Below, in pieces: positions 1-12,674 of a stretch of DNA of 64,000 bases. How positions within the stretch are numbered: position 1 is the first letter of the stretch; every line of letters starts with the position of its first letter. The DNA comes from Paraphysomonas bandaiensis (Eukaryota > Protista > Chrysophyceae): NCBI GenBank assembly GCA_965644295.1, contig CBFFRP010000244.1:1-64000 (forward strand), given 5' to 3'. The position numbers were made by a program, and so were the translations under genes. Below the pieces are notes generated by a model, which searched no databases, was not told the DNA's origin, and worked only from the letters and a program-made list of their open reading frames with translations.

Positions 1-253
1 GTGGAGGAATATGTTAAGAAAAATAGCGCTTAGGAGTGAGGTGAAAAACAGCTGGTGGAAAAACAAGTCTCGTGTTCTTTTTTACCCCCCTCTCATAATA
101 TTCACTTCACTTCACTTCATATTCATCCACTCAGTGTGTTCAAACAGACTGGAATATTATACATATATACATATATATCCAGTGCAGTTCCTTGCGTAAG
201 GTTGCTGTGACTTATATCTTACTTCAATCATAATACTCTCGACAGGATCTACA

Positions 254-3200
254 ATGAGTATGGAGGAAAATGATACAGATACTTTAACGATTGATGGAAT
301 GATGTGTATGGAGAACTGTGCCAAGAGGGTGAAGAATGCTGCGCTCTCTGTGAAGGGTGTAGTTTCTGCGGAGGTTGACTTTGACAACAAGCAGCTTCAT
401 GTTTCCTACGGTCCGGAGGGATCTTGCCGCGAGGTCGTCGCGTTGGCTGTGGAGTCAGCTGGTTATGATGTAGAGTGGACATACCCACGTCAGGTACGGT
501 ACGTCAAAGTGGAGGGAATGCACTGTAGACACTGTGTCGACACTGTTGAACGGGCAGTGGGAGCTGTTCCTGGGGTTCAGTATGTTGCTGTTTGTTTGGA
601 TCAGAGTATGGCGGCTATATCTGTGGATGACTCTTGCGATATGAACTCTGTGGTCAGAGCAGTTGAAGATGTGGGTTTTGGAGCTACGGAGTGTGAAGGA
701 AATCAAAATGTAACTGTTGCCTTAAATGTAAGTTCTGTGGATGGGAATCTCTACCTTTGTTTTAAGTCGGGTATTTGGTGCAGACGGACCAGAATAGTCG
801 CACTGATATTTCCAGCCCCATAATGACTGTGCCAGGAGTTGCTTGCGCGAAATGTGACATTCATAGTGGGGTCTTAAGGGTTCGCGGGTGTGCCAGCCTC
901 AAGGCAGTTCTCCAAGCCGCTGTAAAGTCCGGTTGTAATGTGAACAGCGACACGTTTGGAATAAGCGGAATGATGTGTATGGAGAACTGTGCCAAGAGAG
1001 TGAAGAATGCTGCGCTCTCTGTGAAGGGTGTAGTTTCTGCGGAGGTTGACTTTGACAACAAGCAGCTTCATGTCTCCTACGGTCCGGAGGGATCTTGTCG
1101 CGAGGTCGTCGCGTTGGCTGTGGAGTCAGCTGGTTATGATGTAGAGTGGACATACCCACGTCAGGTACGGTATGTCAAAGTGGAGGGAATGCACTGTAGA
1201 CACTGTGTCGACACTGTTGAACGGGCAGTGGGAGCTGTTCCTGGGGTTCAGTATGTTGCTGTTTGTTTGGATCAGAGTATGGCGGCTATATCTGTGGATG
1301 ACTCTTGCGATATGAACTCTGTGGTCAGAGCAGTTGAAGATGTGGGATACGATGCACAGATACATAAACGTAGCCAGAGTATCACTCTTGCTGTGGATAA
1401 CATTACTAATATTGCTGATGGTGGGAAGAACACTGCGGGGGCTATGAAAAGTGTACCAGGGGTGGCATGCATACAGCTTGACCCACAGTCGGGGATACTA
1501 ACAGTTCGCGGTTCTGCGAGCTTGGAAAGCCTCCTCAAAGCTGCATCGCTGACAGGTTTTATAGTTCGGGTATTGGGAAAGGAACGCAATTACGAGAGCC
1601 TTACGGATGAACACCATCTCCCAGCGTCCTCGTCACAAATTTCTGAGGAAGAGAGGAATTCGAAACACTCAAACATCACTGACCCTGTTTGCGGTTTTAC
1701 TCCAGCTGAGTCTCTGGAGCTGTCGGTGTTGCAGGTGAGAGGAATGACATGTGGGGCTTGCGTAGCAGCAGTGGAACGCGTTATCAGAAAGCATAATTCG
1801 GTGCGGCGGGTGTCTGTGGCACTTCTTACGGAGAAGGCTGAGGTAGGGAGTTGTATTTTTTATATATTTGGTGTACGCATAGCTAATGGAGCTGAAGGTT
1901 GAGTACGATGGTGGTCAAGTTAGCGCACAACAGCTTGTGGAGGATATCAACGGCGCGGGGTACGAGGCGGAAGTTATTAGTACTCTTAAAGGAGAGGCGG
2001 TTGGACTAACGAGTCGCAATTTCCGCTTCGTTCCTTCTTCCGGTTTACTCCTCTCATCAGAATACAACCAGGGTACCGGAGACACAATGAAGGCAGAAGA
2101 ATTGTACCGGAAAGAGGAACTCCTCGAGATGATTCAAAACATCGGATCTGAAAATTCTATCAAAGAGGTTCAATGGTTAGAGTATGATTTTGATGTACCT
2201 GGGAATTAATAGTACGCAGGCTGCAAGGCAATGCCCTTTCTTCTGCCCTTGGGACTGAGGGTGAGGATGAGAGTTTGTGGACTGCAATCTTGCCGCGTTT
2301 CACCAACGCCAAAAGCTCCACAGATCATGTTGGAGGTTTGGCCGTCTGTATATCATAATTCTCTCTGAAGTTCTCTTTAGAGTCAGTCCTGAATGTGACA
2401 TATGATTCTACAATTATTGGACTGCGGGAGGTGTTCGACAAACTATCACATCTGTATTCTGATTTCGACGTTTCTGTCCTCGCCCGCCAAGCAAGTACCT
2501 TCACCTCGACAGTGAACTTTCTAACATGTTATTGCAGGGGAAGGGTTCTGGCATGTTCTTGCGGCAACAACGGGATCTGCGTCGAATAGAGCGGCAGTTT
2601 TTCTTTGCTCTTGGCTTAACTATCCCAGTTGCGATAATAATGTGGTCAGGTGGATACGAAATACGCATTTGAAAATTCTTGCGTCGTAATTGGTGTGATA
2701 GGTTCGCTGATGGTGCCCATCGTCCCAGGGCTTTCAGTCATGTCACTGGTAACGATCATGTTAGTCACACCGGTGCAGTTCATAACCGGATGGCGCTTTT
2801 ATAAGGTAGGTGGAAAACATAATCCGTGCGTGTACGACTGATCCTGAAATGTAGGAGGCTTATAACGGCATGCTTGTGGGTACCTATGGTATGGGGCTTC
2901 TGATAGCTATTGGAACCTCATTTGCCTACTTATTTGGCCTCTTCAGCGTGCTGTATAGCATATGCTTGGGAGGTGTAGTGGAGTCCTACCCCGACCATAT
3001 CATGACAGCGGCAATGCTCATAACTTTCATGCTCCTCGGAAAGGCAATGGAGATGCGTGCTAAGGCCAGGACGTCATCTGCACTTAAGACATTGATGGAT
3101 AGACAAGCAAAAGTAGCACTACTTCTAACGGATTACGACACCTCCGAGAGTGGCGCTGCACCTGTCGAAAAAGAAATATCAACTGATATGATACAGAGAG

Positions 3201-5086
3201 ATGACGTTGTGAAAGTCATTCGAGGGGCTGTATTCCCTGCGGATGGAGAAGTCATATTTGGTGAGGGAGAGGCTAATGAGGCGCTAATTACTGGCGAGGC
3301 TATGCCTGTGCAAAAGGCCATAGGCTCTGATGTGATAGGCGGAAGCCAACTTGTGGAGGGGCTCGTGTATGTGAGGGTGCGCGATGCTCCTGAGAACTCA
3401 GTATTGCAGCAGATAATCAGTCTGGTAGAGTCCGCGCAGACACAGAAAGCCAAAATCCAGCAGTTAGCGGACACTATTGCTGGTGTGTTTACGCTGTTTA
3501 TATTGCTCTGTGCTGTAGTGGTATTTGTGGTTTGGATTGTGTTACTCTATACGGACAGTGTACCGCATAGCATTCTTCCAGAACGTCGAGGAGATCTTGA
3601 TATCGTTTTCACTTTGGCAATTAGCACGCTTGTTGTTGCATGCCCATGTGCACTTGGACTGAGTACTCCAACAGCTATCATGGTCGGAACAGGTTTGTTT
3701 TACATATCTGTCATGTTTTGCACTTATGGGTAATGTAGGAGTGGGGGCGAAGCTCGGAATACTCATAAAAGGTGGCGAGTCACTGGAGACGGCCGACAAG
3801 ATAACAACTGTTGTATTTGACAAAACAGGGACCATCACCAAGGGTCAGCCAAGAGTAACCGCTGTACATCTATTCAACCGCTCGGCAGGAGCTGCTGTGA
3901 AAGTGTGTTTGCCTGAAATTGTTGACGAAAACGATGCTGGTGATATTGTTGTATCCGTGGAGAAGTGTCACTCACTCGGCCCTCTCGGGGACAAGTCCAC
4001 TGATGAGGTTCCCACGCAAAACTTTGAGTTTATGGACTTCACACAGCTGGTATGGCTCGCCGCTTGTGCAGAGACAAATAGTGAGCACGTTCTCGGTAGG
4101 GCTGTCGTACAACACGCTCGTATGCATCGCGACATGCCTGCCTTCGACGAGTGCTCAAACATAGAAGCCACCACAGGTCGAGGGATTCGCTGTACCGTTG
4201 GTAGCACGCGAGTAATGGTCGGATCTCTGACGTTTATGCAAGAAGCGGGGGCTACGGGCAGTTACATCGATGAGTATGTGAAGTACTCTGAGCACTTGCA
4301 GAATAGCGGAGCAATCGCTATATTTGTTGCTGTTGACGATGTGTTGTGTGGTCTATTTCAAATCACTGACCCTCCAAGACCAGAAGCAGTTAATACGGTA
4401 GCTGCGTTACGTGCGCAGGGTGTGGCTGTTTGGATGGTGACTGGCGACAATGCACGAACAGCGAAAGCACTCGGCGCGGAGGTTGGGATTCCTACGGAGA
4501 ATATAATAGCAGGGGCTCTTCCTAACACAAAGATGGACCATGTGAAGTGCCTGCAACAGGACGGAGAAGTTGTCGGTTTTTCTGGCGATGGTGAGTGGTT
4601 GTTCTGTATTTCCCCAAGCTTCTTATTGCTGTGTCTTGTTTAGGTATCAATGATGCTGCAGCGATTGCTCAGGCTGATGTGGGAATCGCTATTGGTGGAG
4701 GCACAGATGTAGCGATGGATAGTGCAGACATGGTGCTTATGCGGGCAGATTTATTCAGTGTGGTAGTTGCTATTGATTTATCTCGTGCTATCATACGGTG
4801 CATTAAAAGAAACCTCTTCTGGGCATTGGCCTACAATACTGTCGCGATCCCAATTGCTGGTGGATTATCTTTGATTATTTTCCGCACCATTATTCCACCA
4901 TGGATTGCTGGGGCTGCCATGTCGCTATCCTCTGTCTCTGTCGTATTGTCATCGCTTGCTCTGCTTGACTACACACCACCTTCACATGCAATGGACAATG
5001 CTTACACCCGGGGGAACGCTTCGCTCACGAGCGTGAAGAAGAAGTACTTACCGATTTCCCACTTCAATTCACACGATGATTTATGA
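254..5086 (+). CDS. Copper-transporting P1B-type ATPase (ATP7/CopA/RAN1-like), multi-exon, with an expanded N-terminal HMA array
   Basis: Motifs: HMA GMMCMENC (x2), GMHCRHC (x2), GMTCGAC; TGE; CPC (ACPCALGL); DKTGT; SEH; GDGIND across an intron; YN and MSLSS in the last TMs. Introns that restore frame: 728-783, 1843-1897, 2176-~2219, ~2336-2387, 2491-2537 (GC-AG), 2650-2701, 2806-2854, 3693-3738, 4591-4643. Confidence 0.95.
296..1346 (+). repeat. Intragenic direct duplication of two HMA domains (296-675 = 967-1346, offset 671)
   Basis: The ~380-bp copies are identical except for four third-position changes seen by eye (AGG/AGA, GTT/GTC, TGC/TGT, TAC/TAT). Confidence 0.93.
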
Positions 5087-6108
5087 ATGACGTATCAGGG
5101 AAGTTGAAAGAGTTGACACGAAATAATCTATGTACGGTTGGACAAGAAGCAAAACACTCGGTACACAAATTGTCTAGACAGTATCATATAAACATTATTC
5201 TTTGGTAGCTGGACTTAAAGCTCTTTCTAACATTATTACTTCTTATAAATTAAACTAAATAAGATGTTCCAGTCTACATTGATAAATCAAAATCCGATAG
5301 GAGATATTATGTTGTTGTAAATTGGCAAAATGCTCATCTTATAGAATTTGTGTTGTCTACTGAGAGTGGAATATATATATGCGTACTTCATTCATGTCAT
5401 CTTGTTCATGATTATTCAAAATCTTTTTTATCTTTTTACACTGCTTTTTAGATTTTAAGGCCCTCTATCAACCTTGTGTACCTATTCGGCTGCTGTTTCA
5501 AACAGACTGGGTGTATGTCACGTGGGTCTATGTTGTCATCTACAAGCGTGAACTTGTCTTTTACCTGCTATTCCGCCAGATATTCTATTAGTCCATAGTC
5601 AAAAATTAGGGTTAGTCGATGTGATTAAATAATTCATAGTTTATAATAACTTGGTTGACTAGATGTTTATGATGATGTTTTCCTAGGCATTAATTAAGGA
5701 ATTTTGACTACAGTTTTACACCAAAATTAGTGTGACTAGGTAATTCAACCGATTTTACTAGATTCAATAGTATTTCCTAAATATTTTCCACAGAATATAC
5801 CATAGTTTCAAAGTAGCGTTCAGAACATGCGCTAAAATGGCCTACAGTGATAATATGAAATATTTCGGTGTATTTTTTTCGTGATGAGTATACGCTGTCA
5901 GATTATTTAGGGAAAGACAGTCACTACAATGACAGACTATGCTTATAATATGGATAAAAGTTTCAGTCTATAAATTCAGAAATTATTAAGAATTTTATTA
6001 ATCGCTGCCCAATATGTCAGACATGTAATGGTGATATATATTTACAAGCCCCAGTACGAGCTCTTTAAATTCGGCTCATGGTTTACGGTATATATATATG
6101 TCGGTGTT

Positions 6109-8250
6109 AAGTCGAGGTAATACCAAAACCTGGGCTTTGATGTAAAACCTGGTGAAATATTTGATGATGGTCGGAAAAGGGTTTAAAAATGCACAATAAC
6201 TATCTATGAAGATATTAACAGTGTGAAAAGTATTGTTTATAATATTTTTTACTACTTTCTTGCATATTACTTTAGTTTTACAGCAATAAAAGTCACCGAC
6301 TACACACATATAGTATACAGTTCAAGCTATTCCGTCAAGCATAATATAAAGCTATTCTTTGTACGATACCCCACTACTACGTCGACGTTTTCTGGTCACA
6401 ACATTCTCAGATGAGAGACGGCCTTGATCCACCCATTCGGTTATAGGCTCTGTCACTATTTCCCATTGCTGTTTTTTAGTCCTTTTCTTTGACGAAAAGT
6501 TACTGTATAATATATAATATATAACGTTTACATAATAATCATATTATTATATATACTAACCTTTTATGTGCCTCAAGTAACTTGCCGCTAGGTTGTTGTC
6601 ATACTGTCCATCATTATATTTGATATCGTAAGTATTGTCGCCGTGTACCTGAGTATATATATATCTCTTACATTTATTGATTAAATATATGTGTTACACA
6701 TGTCGCTGCTTACATCAGAAATAATACCTCTTAAATTGTGTATGCTAGAAACTAGTTCGCCAAAACTGCGAATGTTGGTGACGAACGATGACAATCTGAT
6801 TCTGGGCCTGACACTTGTTCTTCAGCCTCAGAATCACTTCCTGTTAAACGGGTTGCATTGATACGCTCCTGCTCCTCCCTCTTCCTTAGGTGTTATGTTT
6901 ATACAATGACTAGCTAGAACTAGTTTGTAGCTCATTCACGTACATAGCAATCAAACGGTTAGTTGAGCCCGTTTTTATACTGAAAATAATATTAATTTGC
7001 AATATATTAGTTAATAATATATCAATACAAATGCAGAGAACTATTTATTAACACTCTAGTAACTAGCTAGTTTTAACAAGGAATGCACGTCAAAAACGTG
7101 GGAATTTTTTTTTCCCACGTTTGCATATTGTTTACTTCTAGCAGCAGCATTTTTCCTGTTGACCTCACGTCGTGCTTCTCGTCCAATGTACGGCGCATTG
7201 AGCACACCTCTCTCGAAGTCGAGGTAATACCAAAACCTGGTAAATTTTTTGATGATGGTAGGAAAAAGGTTTAAATATGCACAATATAACTCAGGGCCTG
7301 ATAACCATTAATGGCCCAGTAATGGTAGTCCAGTTCCCGGCAATTATAATGGCATAAATGAAAAATCTCCCGGCATCACAATGGTCATTAATGCCCATTA
7401 ATACCTACTAAAAACGTAGCTAATACCGCTCATAATACATATTGTGGTGCTCCCTTAATTACTATTTTTTAGTTAAATTGCAGACTACGAATCGAAACTG
7501 CTTCTTGCTCTCCACTGACACATCAGGATTTTCTTGCAGGGTATAAGCAGCACACAAAACATGTAATTGGCTCGTAGGAATAGCAACGATTCTAGACGCT
7601 AAGGATTCATGTTTCTACGCTCAGGTGTCATATAATCAACTTTGCACGACTATAAATAACCTCTCAACAACATTAAGGTTATGCTTCAATATAAAAAGCA
7701 AAAGCAGTGGTTGTTGGACTCATAGGTACCCAGCCAAGCTCTCTTGTGGTGACCTCGGCGCTGTCTAGAACACATTGTGCAAAATCAGTACATTTACTCT
7801 CGTCCTCGTTATTTCTGTCAGAGGCACTAAAATCAATGGATGAATCCAGTTGCAGATGTCTAACTGCTGTCATCTCATTGCCTGCTGTCAACTCTCTTTC
7901 ATCATTCCACTTTTAGCCATTGCCTCTTCTCAAACTTTGCACTGAAACTATGAAAATATTATTAATAGTTGTGTGAAGAATATTATTTATAATTAATAAT
8001 TTTACTACTTTCTTTTTTTCATAATATTAATTCAGTTTTTTTACAGCAATAGAAGTCACAGACTACACATACATATATATTATACAGTTCAAGAAGCTAT
8101 TCCGTCAAGCATACTATAGAGCTATCGATACCCCACTACTACATAATATACTTTGACGTTTTCCGGTCACAACATTAATATACCCATTCTGTCACTATAT
8201 CTCCGTTACTGTTTTTTAGTTCATTTCTTTGACGAAGTTACTGTATATTA
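6109..8250 (+). repeat. Diverged dispersed repeat in two local copies: ~6109-6510, and ~7217-7291 plus ~7945-8250 (second copy split by a hAT insertion)
   Basis: Shared blocks aagtcgaggtaataccaaaacctgg, tttgatgatggt, gactacacaca, gctattccgtcaagcata, gataccccactactac, ggtcacaacatt and tctttgacgaa occur in the same order in both copies. Confidence 0.8.
7292..7944 (-). mobile_element. Non-autonomous hAT DNA transposon relic
   Basis: Starts CAGGGCCTGATAACCATTAATGG (family TIR) and ends CACTG. The minus strand at ~7555-7680 reads NVVERLF..SRAKLI.MTPERRNMNP*RLESLLFLRANYMF, a degraded hAT C-terminal dimerisation motif. The element interrupts the 6109-type repeat. Confidence 0.75.
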
Positions 8251-9766
8251 TATAAAATATATAAAAAACAAACACTGCCACTTATAATATATTATAATAT
8301 AATTATAACGATCATATATACAAAGACACCTTCTATATACACAATTAAGCTTCACTTTGTGTAGGCGTCTTTGAGCGTTGTTGACACCCGGGAATGGGAC
8401 CACCTAAAAGAGTTTCTGGGGTTTTGGGCAACCTGATGAAGTCAAGCACACAAGAGATAATTAATTATTTAAAAATAATAGAGTAGAACGAAACGAGAAA
8501 AGTGAGCCTGAAAGCGGCTTTAGTGTCCCGTTCCTGCTTCCTTGATGCTTGTGGCAGGTGTGAATCGTAACAACTTGATGCTTGTGGCAATGAACAAATA
8601 TTTCTCGTAATATGTAGAATAAAAAGTGCTGCAACCCTGGAGGTTTATCCTGGCAGATATTTAAGAGCGAGAAGTGAGATGAAAGTGGGGGATTACGTGA
8701 TTAGTTATAGTAGCAGATGACAAGAATTTACTATGGTGAGTGAAACAGAGAAACAACATGAAGAGAAGAACATCTCAAGAGCACATGACTATTAGATACG
8801 AAAAGTGGACAATGGTATAGTGAAAAGTATCAGCATTATACGGTAGCACATAGAGTCAAATACATGCTGCTAACCAGTCACTACACAAAACGATTCAATA
8901 TAATAAAATCGTTTTATTCTATGATTCATTCATTGATGATTCATTCTATGCAGATGGGGCAGAGAGTGCAATGGAGAGGGATGTGCTGTAACGACAACAC
9001 ATACACACAACTCATCTCAGGTGGTGCTGATATATCCTGACAGTCTGACAGTGAAGGCTCTGGTTCTTTGCATGATATTATACTGACTCCGTACGGCTGG
9101 AAGCCCATGTGAGTCTTATACTCATGATGAACAGGAGTTACACATTGATTAACTCCTAACAGCGAAGAACCAATGTGTTCAGCATGACAACAGTCTACAA
9201 TAAATTGAGTAACTACAAGAACAACAGTCTACAGTAAGAGCAGATATATAGAGGTAGAATAACTTTCAGGTTATTGGCTAATAATCCGTCCAGAGACATG
9301 GATCTCAGGTCGTATCCTTCAAAGATGATATACATCACATCCTCTCAGAGGCGAATGTACGATGTTTATGTATATATGTACAGTGCACTCGCGTTTGGCC
9401 CATGGGCAAAATGGGCCACCATGACGAAAGAAGGGGTCATCATAGAAAACCCAGTTTTTAGCCATAGTTTTGTACTCAAAGCCCTTAGGTCTTTGATTAA
9501 AATGTCGTATACTACACTCCAATATGGCATACTAGCTTAAGACTGAAAAGTTTTCTATTATCACATTGCAAATAAATAATTGTATGAAAAGCCTGTTTTA
9601 ACACTCTGTAACAAAATTACGGCGCTGTTATAGTGTAGAATAAGATTTTCAAACCATGAAAAATTACTGCATCGTTGGTTGTGATCTGTGAAGCTTTGGG
9701 GCGCTCCTCGGCACTACAAACACTTATCTCAGTATTTCTTAAAGCTATATAAGGCATTTCCGGAAG

Positions 9767-10604
9767 CTAATAAACATTCACACACAACGTTGACACTAGG
9801 TTGCACAAGGAATCGACATCATCCTTTGATATCATAGGTCTATTTTTATCCGCTGAGCCGAAGTCATTCATAAGTGGCTGCTGCATTGGTACTGGCAAAT
9901 AATTCGCTTTGCGCCAGCATCTTCCAATTGTTGAATAACTGCAATTCTGTTCACCATTCCATACATCATCGAGAATATTCATACAGGCTAGGACATGGAG
10001 TTTCAAACCGTACATAGTTCCTTTGCAACCTCTTCCATAGCTACCGCTGCGTCAGCATCGCTGATTTCATTAGCTTCTCCATGCAGATTAACATGAACAT
10101 AATTGTTCCGACTCTTCAACACATTGCTTAACCAACCAGGTGAAGCTTGAAATGAAGTGAGGGTTTCTTCATCATCCGCATAGACTATCTATACAGCACA
10201 ATGTTAAACATGTGTATTACTTGCTTCTTAATCTTGTAAACCTTTGCATAGTCCTTAGCCTTCTGCTGTAGGTACAACCAGCTCAAGCCGCATTTATCTG
10301 TGTTGCAGTGTTCCATGCGAAAACTAATGTACTCAATAAGTTTTCTCTCCACCTCAGGAAACGAACCCTTCCTTTGCTTCTTGCGGCCTGTGCAAGTCTC
10401 AATCTTCAGTGTGCCGTCATTCCAGGCGTTAACCCAATTAGAGAATGCTGAGCGGCTGAATGTGTTCTTCTTGTAGGCTACGAACTGATTGAGGGATTTG
10501 AACTGACCCTCTTTATACTCCTTCACGAAATTATATTTCTGCACATCCGAGAAACTTCTCAACGATGTCTTGCGCTTGCTACCAATGCTGCATTCATCGG
10601 ACAT
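9767..10604 (-). mobile_element. pogo/Tigger (CENP-B HTH + DDE_1) transposase relic, internally deleted
   Basis: N-terminus RKKQRKGSFPEVERKLIEYI...LQQKAK, then intron 10189-10241, then FQASPGWLSNVLK...LHGEA (CENP-B-type HTH). It jumps out of frame to the C-terminal LDDVWN...STIGRCWRKA motif; the catalytic core is missing. Confidence 0.8.
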
Positions 10605-10766
10605 CGCTATAGACAGTAGACGAATTAATGTATGTGCTCTGCTCTGGACGTGTACTGTATCACTTTCACAACAAGTAGGGTTTCTCACCTAAAACTATAG
10701 ATTTCTACTTAAATTGTGGGGTTTATTCAGAAAAGCCCGTAGGAAGCTAAATTCGGCCACATGTGC

Positions 10767-11296
10767 TGTATGTATGTATGTATGTATGTATGTATGTATG
10801 TATGTATGTATGTATGTATGTATGTATGTATGTATGTATGTACGTATGTATGTATGTATGTATGTATGTATGTATGTATGTATGTATGTATGTATGTATG
10901 TATGTATGTATGTATGTATGTATGTATGTATGTATGTATGTATGTATGTATGTATGTATGTATGTATGTATGTATGTACGTATGTATGTATGTATGTATG
11001 TATGTATGTATGTATGTATGTATGTATGTATGTATGTATGTATGTATGTATGTATGTATGTATGTATGTATGTATGTATGTATGTATGTATGTATGTATG
11101 TATGTATGTATGTATGTATGAATGTATGTATGTATGTATGTATGTATGTATGTATGTATGTATGTATGTATGTATGTATGTATGTATGTATGTATGTATG
11201 TATGTATGTATGTATGTATGTATGTATGTATGTATGTATGTATGTATGTATGTATGTATGTATGTATGTATGTATGTATGTATGTATGTATGTATG
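10767..11296 (+). repeat. (TATG)n tetranucleotide microsatellite, ~530 bp
   Basis: Near-perfect array with three variant units (TACG x2, AATG). It ends ~75 bp upstream of the patatin ATG. Confidence 0.98.
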
Positions 11297-11372
11297 CATG
11301 TAAAACAGGCAGTTAAAGTTGTTCATGTGTGAAGCTGTTGAGTATATTCCAGCTATCAGTTTTCTATCTCTC

Positions 11373-12674
11373 ATGTATTTATCGAGACAATCATCTAACG
11401 CGGGATCATTATGTCGCGACTACAGTGATAGTTCTCTGTATGATGGGTACTACTTGTCGCGGGCTCAGTCTCTCTCTGGGATGGACTTTGATCTCGTGGA
11501 CGGATCGAATATGATGGCTCCGATCCCCACTAAACTCCGCCCCTCTTCAGCACTGACAGAGAAAATAATTGTGGAGATATCGAAGTCTATTAAGATATTC
11601 AAACCTTCTCGCTCTCTGTATCAGCTGACTCATGATGCTACGAGTACGGAGATGTCGGACAGACCAGCTGCGTCTGTTGACGTTGTTATATCGGGCGGGG
11701 GTATGAAGGGCTACTTTGTTTGCGGGTGTGTGGCTGTGTTGCAACAGCAACTTCAGTCACACAACATTGAAATTGCCCGTGTTGCTGGTGCTAGTGCAGG
11801 TGCCTGGAGCGCGTTGTTTATGTGCACTGGTATTAGTACTGCGCTCTGGATAGAGTCGTACCACAAATTACTTGAGAACCCGAACAAGACTATTCACGAG
11901 ATTTATGCGGAGGAGATGGTAGGTGATATATACTTTGTGAAATATGCTGATATTGAGAAATAGTGGCCTGTCGTCAAAGCTAACCTACCTGAAGATGCTT
12001 ACCTGAGATGTAACGGGAAAATGTTCGTGAGCATTTCCGTGCTTACTTACACTGGCTTGCAAAACCTGGTCATCAGTGAATATACTAGTAATGACGACCT
12101 GATCGAAGCATGCTTAGCAAGTAGCACAATTCCTTATATCACTGAAAGAAAGTTGCATCGAACCTTTCGTGGCATGAGAGTTGTGGACGGTGGACTAACA
12201 AACAATACCCCTGTATTTAGGGATGGATGCCGCCGGCAGCTTGTCTTCCGTTTGTCGCAAATTGAATACCCTTGGCGACTACTGATAAATCCTGTGGATA
12301 GCTGCATTGATGCATTGGTTATTCGTGGGGCGCTGCAAATGGCGCGCTTTTTAGCCGGAGAATTTGTCCCTGCTATTGCGTGGTTAGAGCAAAAGCAGGG
12401 TGAAGGAGACTTAATTCGACCTGGTCACAGTGTCAGAGGTGTTGTGGCTCCGATTGCTGTGGCGACATTGATCCTTTTCAGAAATTCCTTTCTTCCTTCT
12501 CTTCTAGATGCATTTGATATCATGTTTGCAACGAGATACACTATTGGAAGCTCCCCTGTCATCAGCTTTCAGGATGCAGATAACGCCTTAAAAGACAATC
12601 CCCTGTTTTACGCGGTTGGAGCAGTCTTTGCCTATATTGTCAGCGGCTTGCGCCGGCTACAGCTTCTTCTGTGA
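11373..12674 (+). CDS. Patatin-like phospholipase/lipase (PNPLA family)
   Basis: SGGGMKG oxyanion loop, GASAG nucleophile elbow, DGG catalytic Asp and a hydrophobic C-tail. One GT-AG intron 11919-11963. Confidence 0.9.

Noticed and set aside
139-5509. 14-bp match ttcaaacagactgg on both sides of the Cu-ATPase
   Set aside because: A single short match with no further homology; not enough to claim a TSD or metal-response element.
10714-11374. Long MYVC / HTYI repeat ORFs (also 15847-16294)
   Set aside because: They are translations of a stop-free tetranucleotide microsatellite; there is no evidence of coding.
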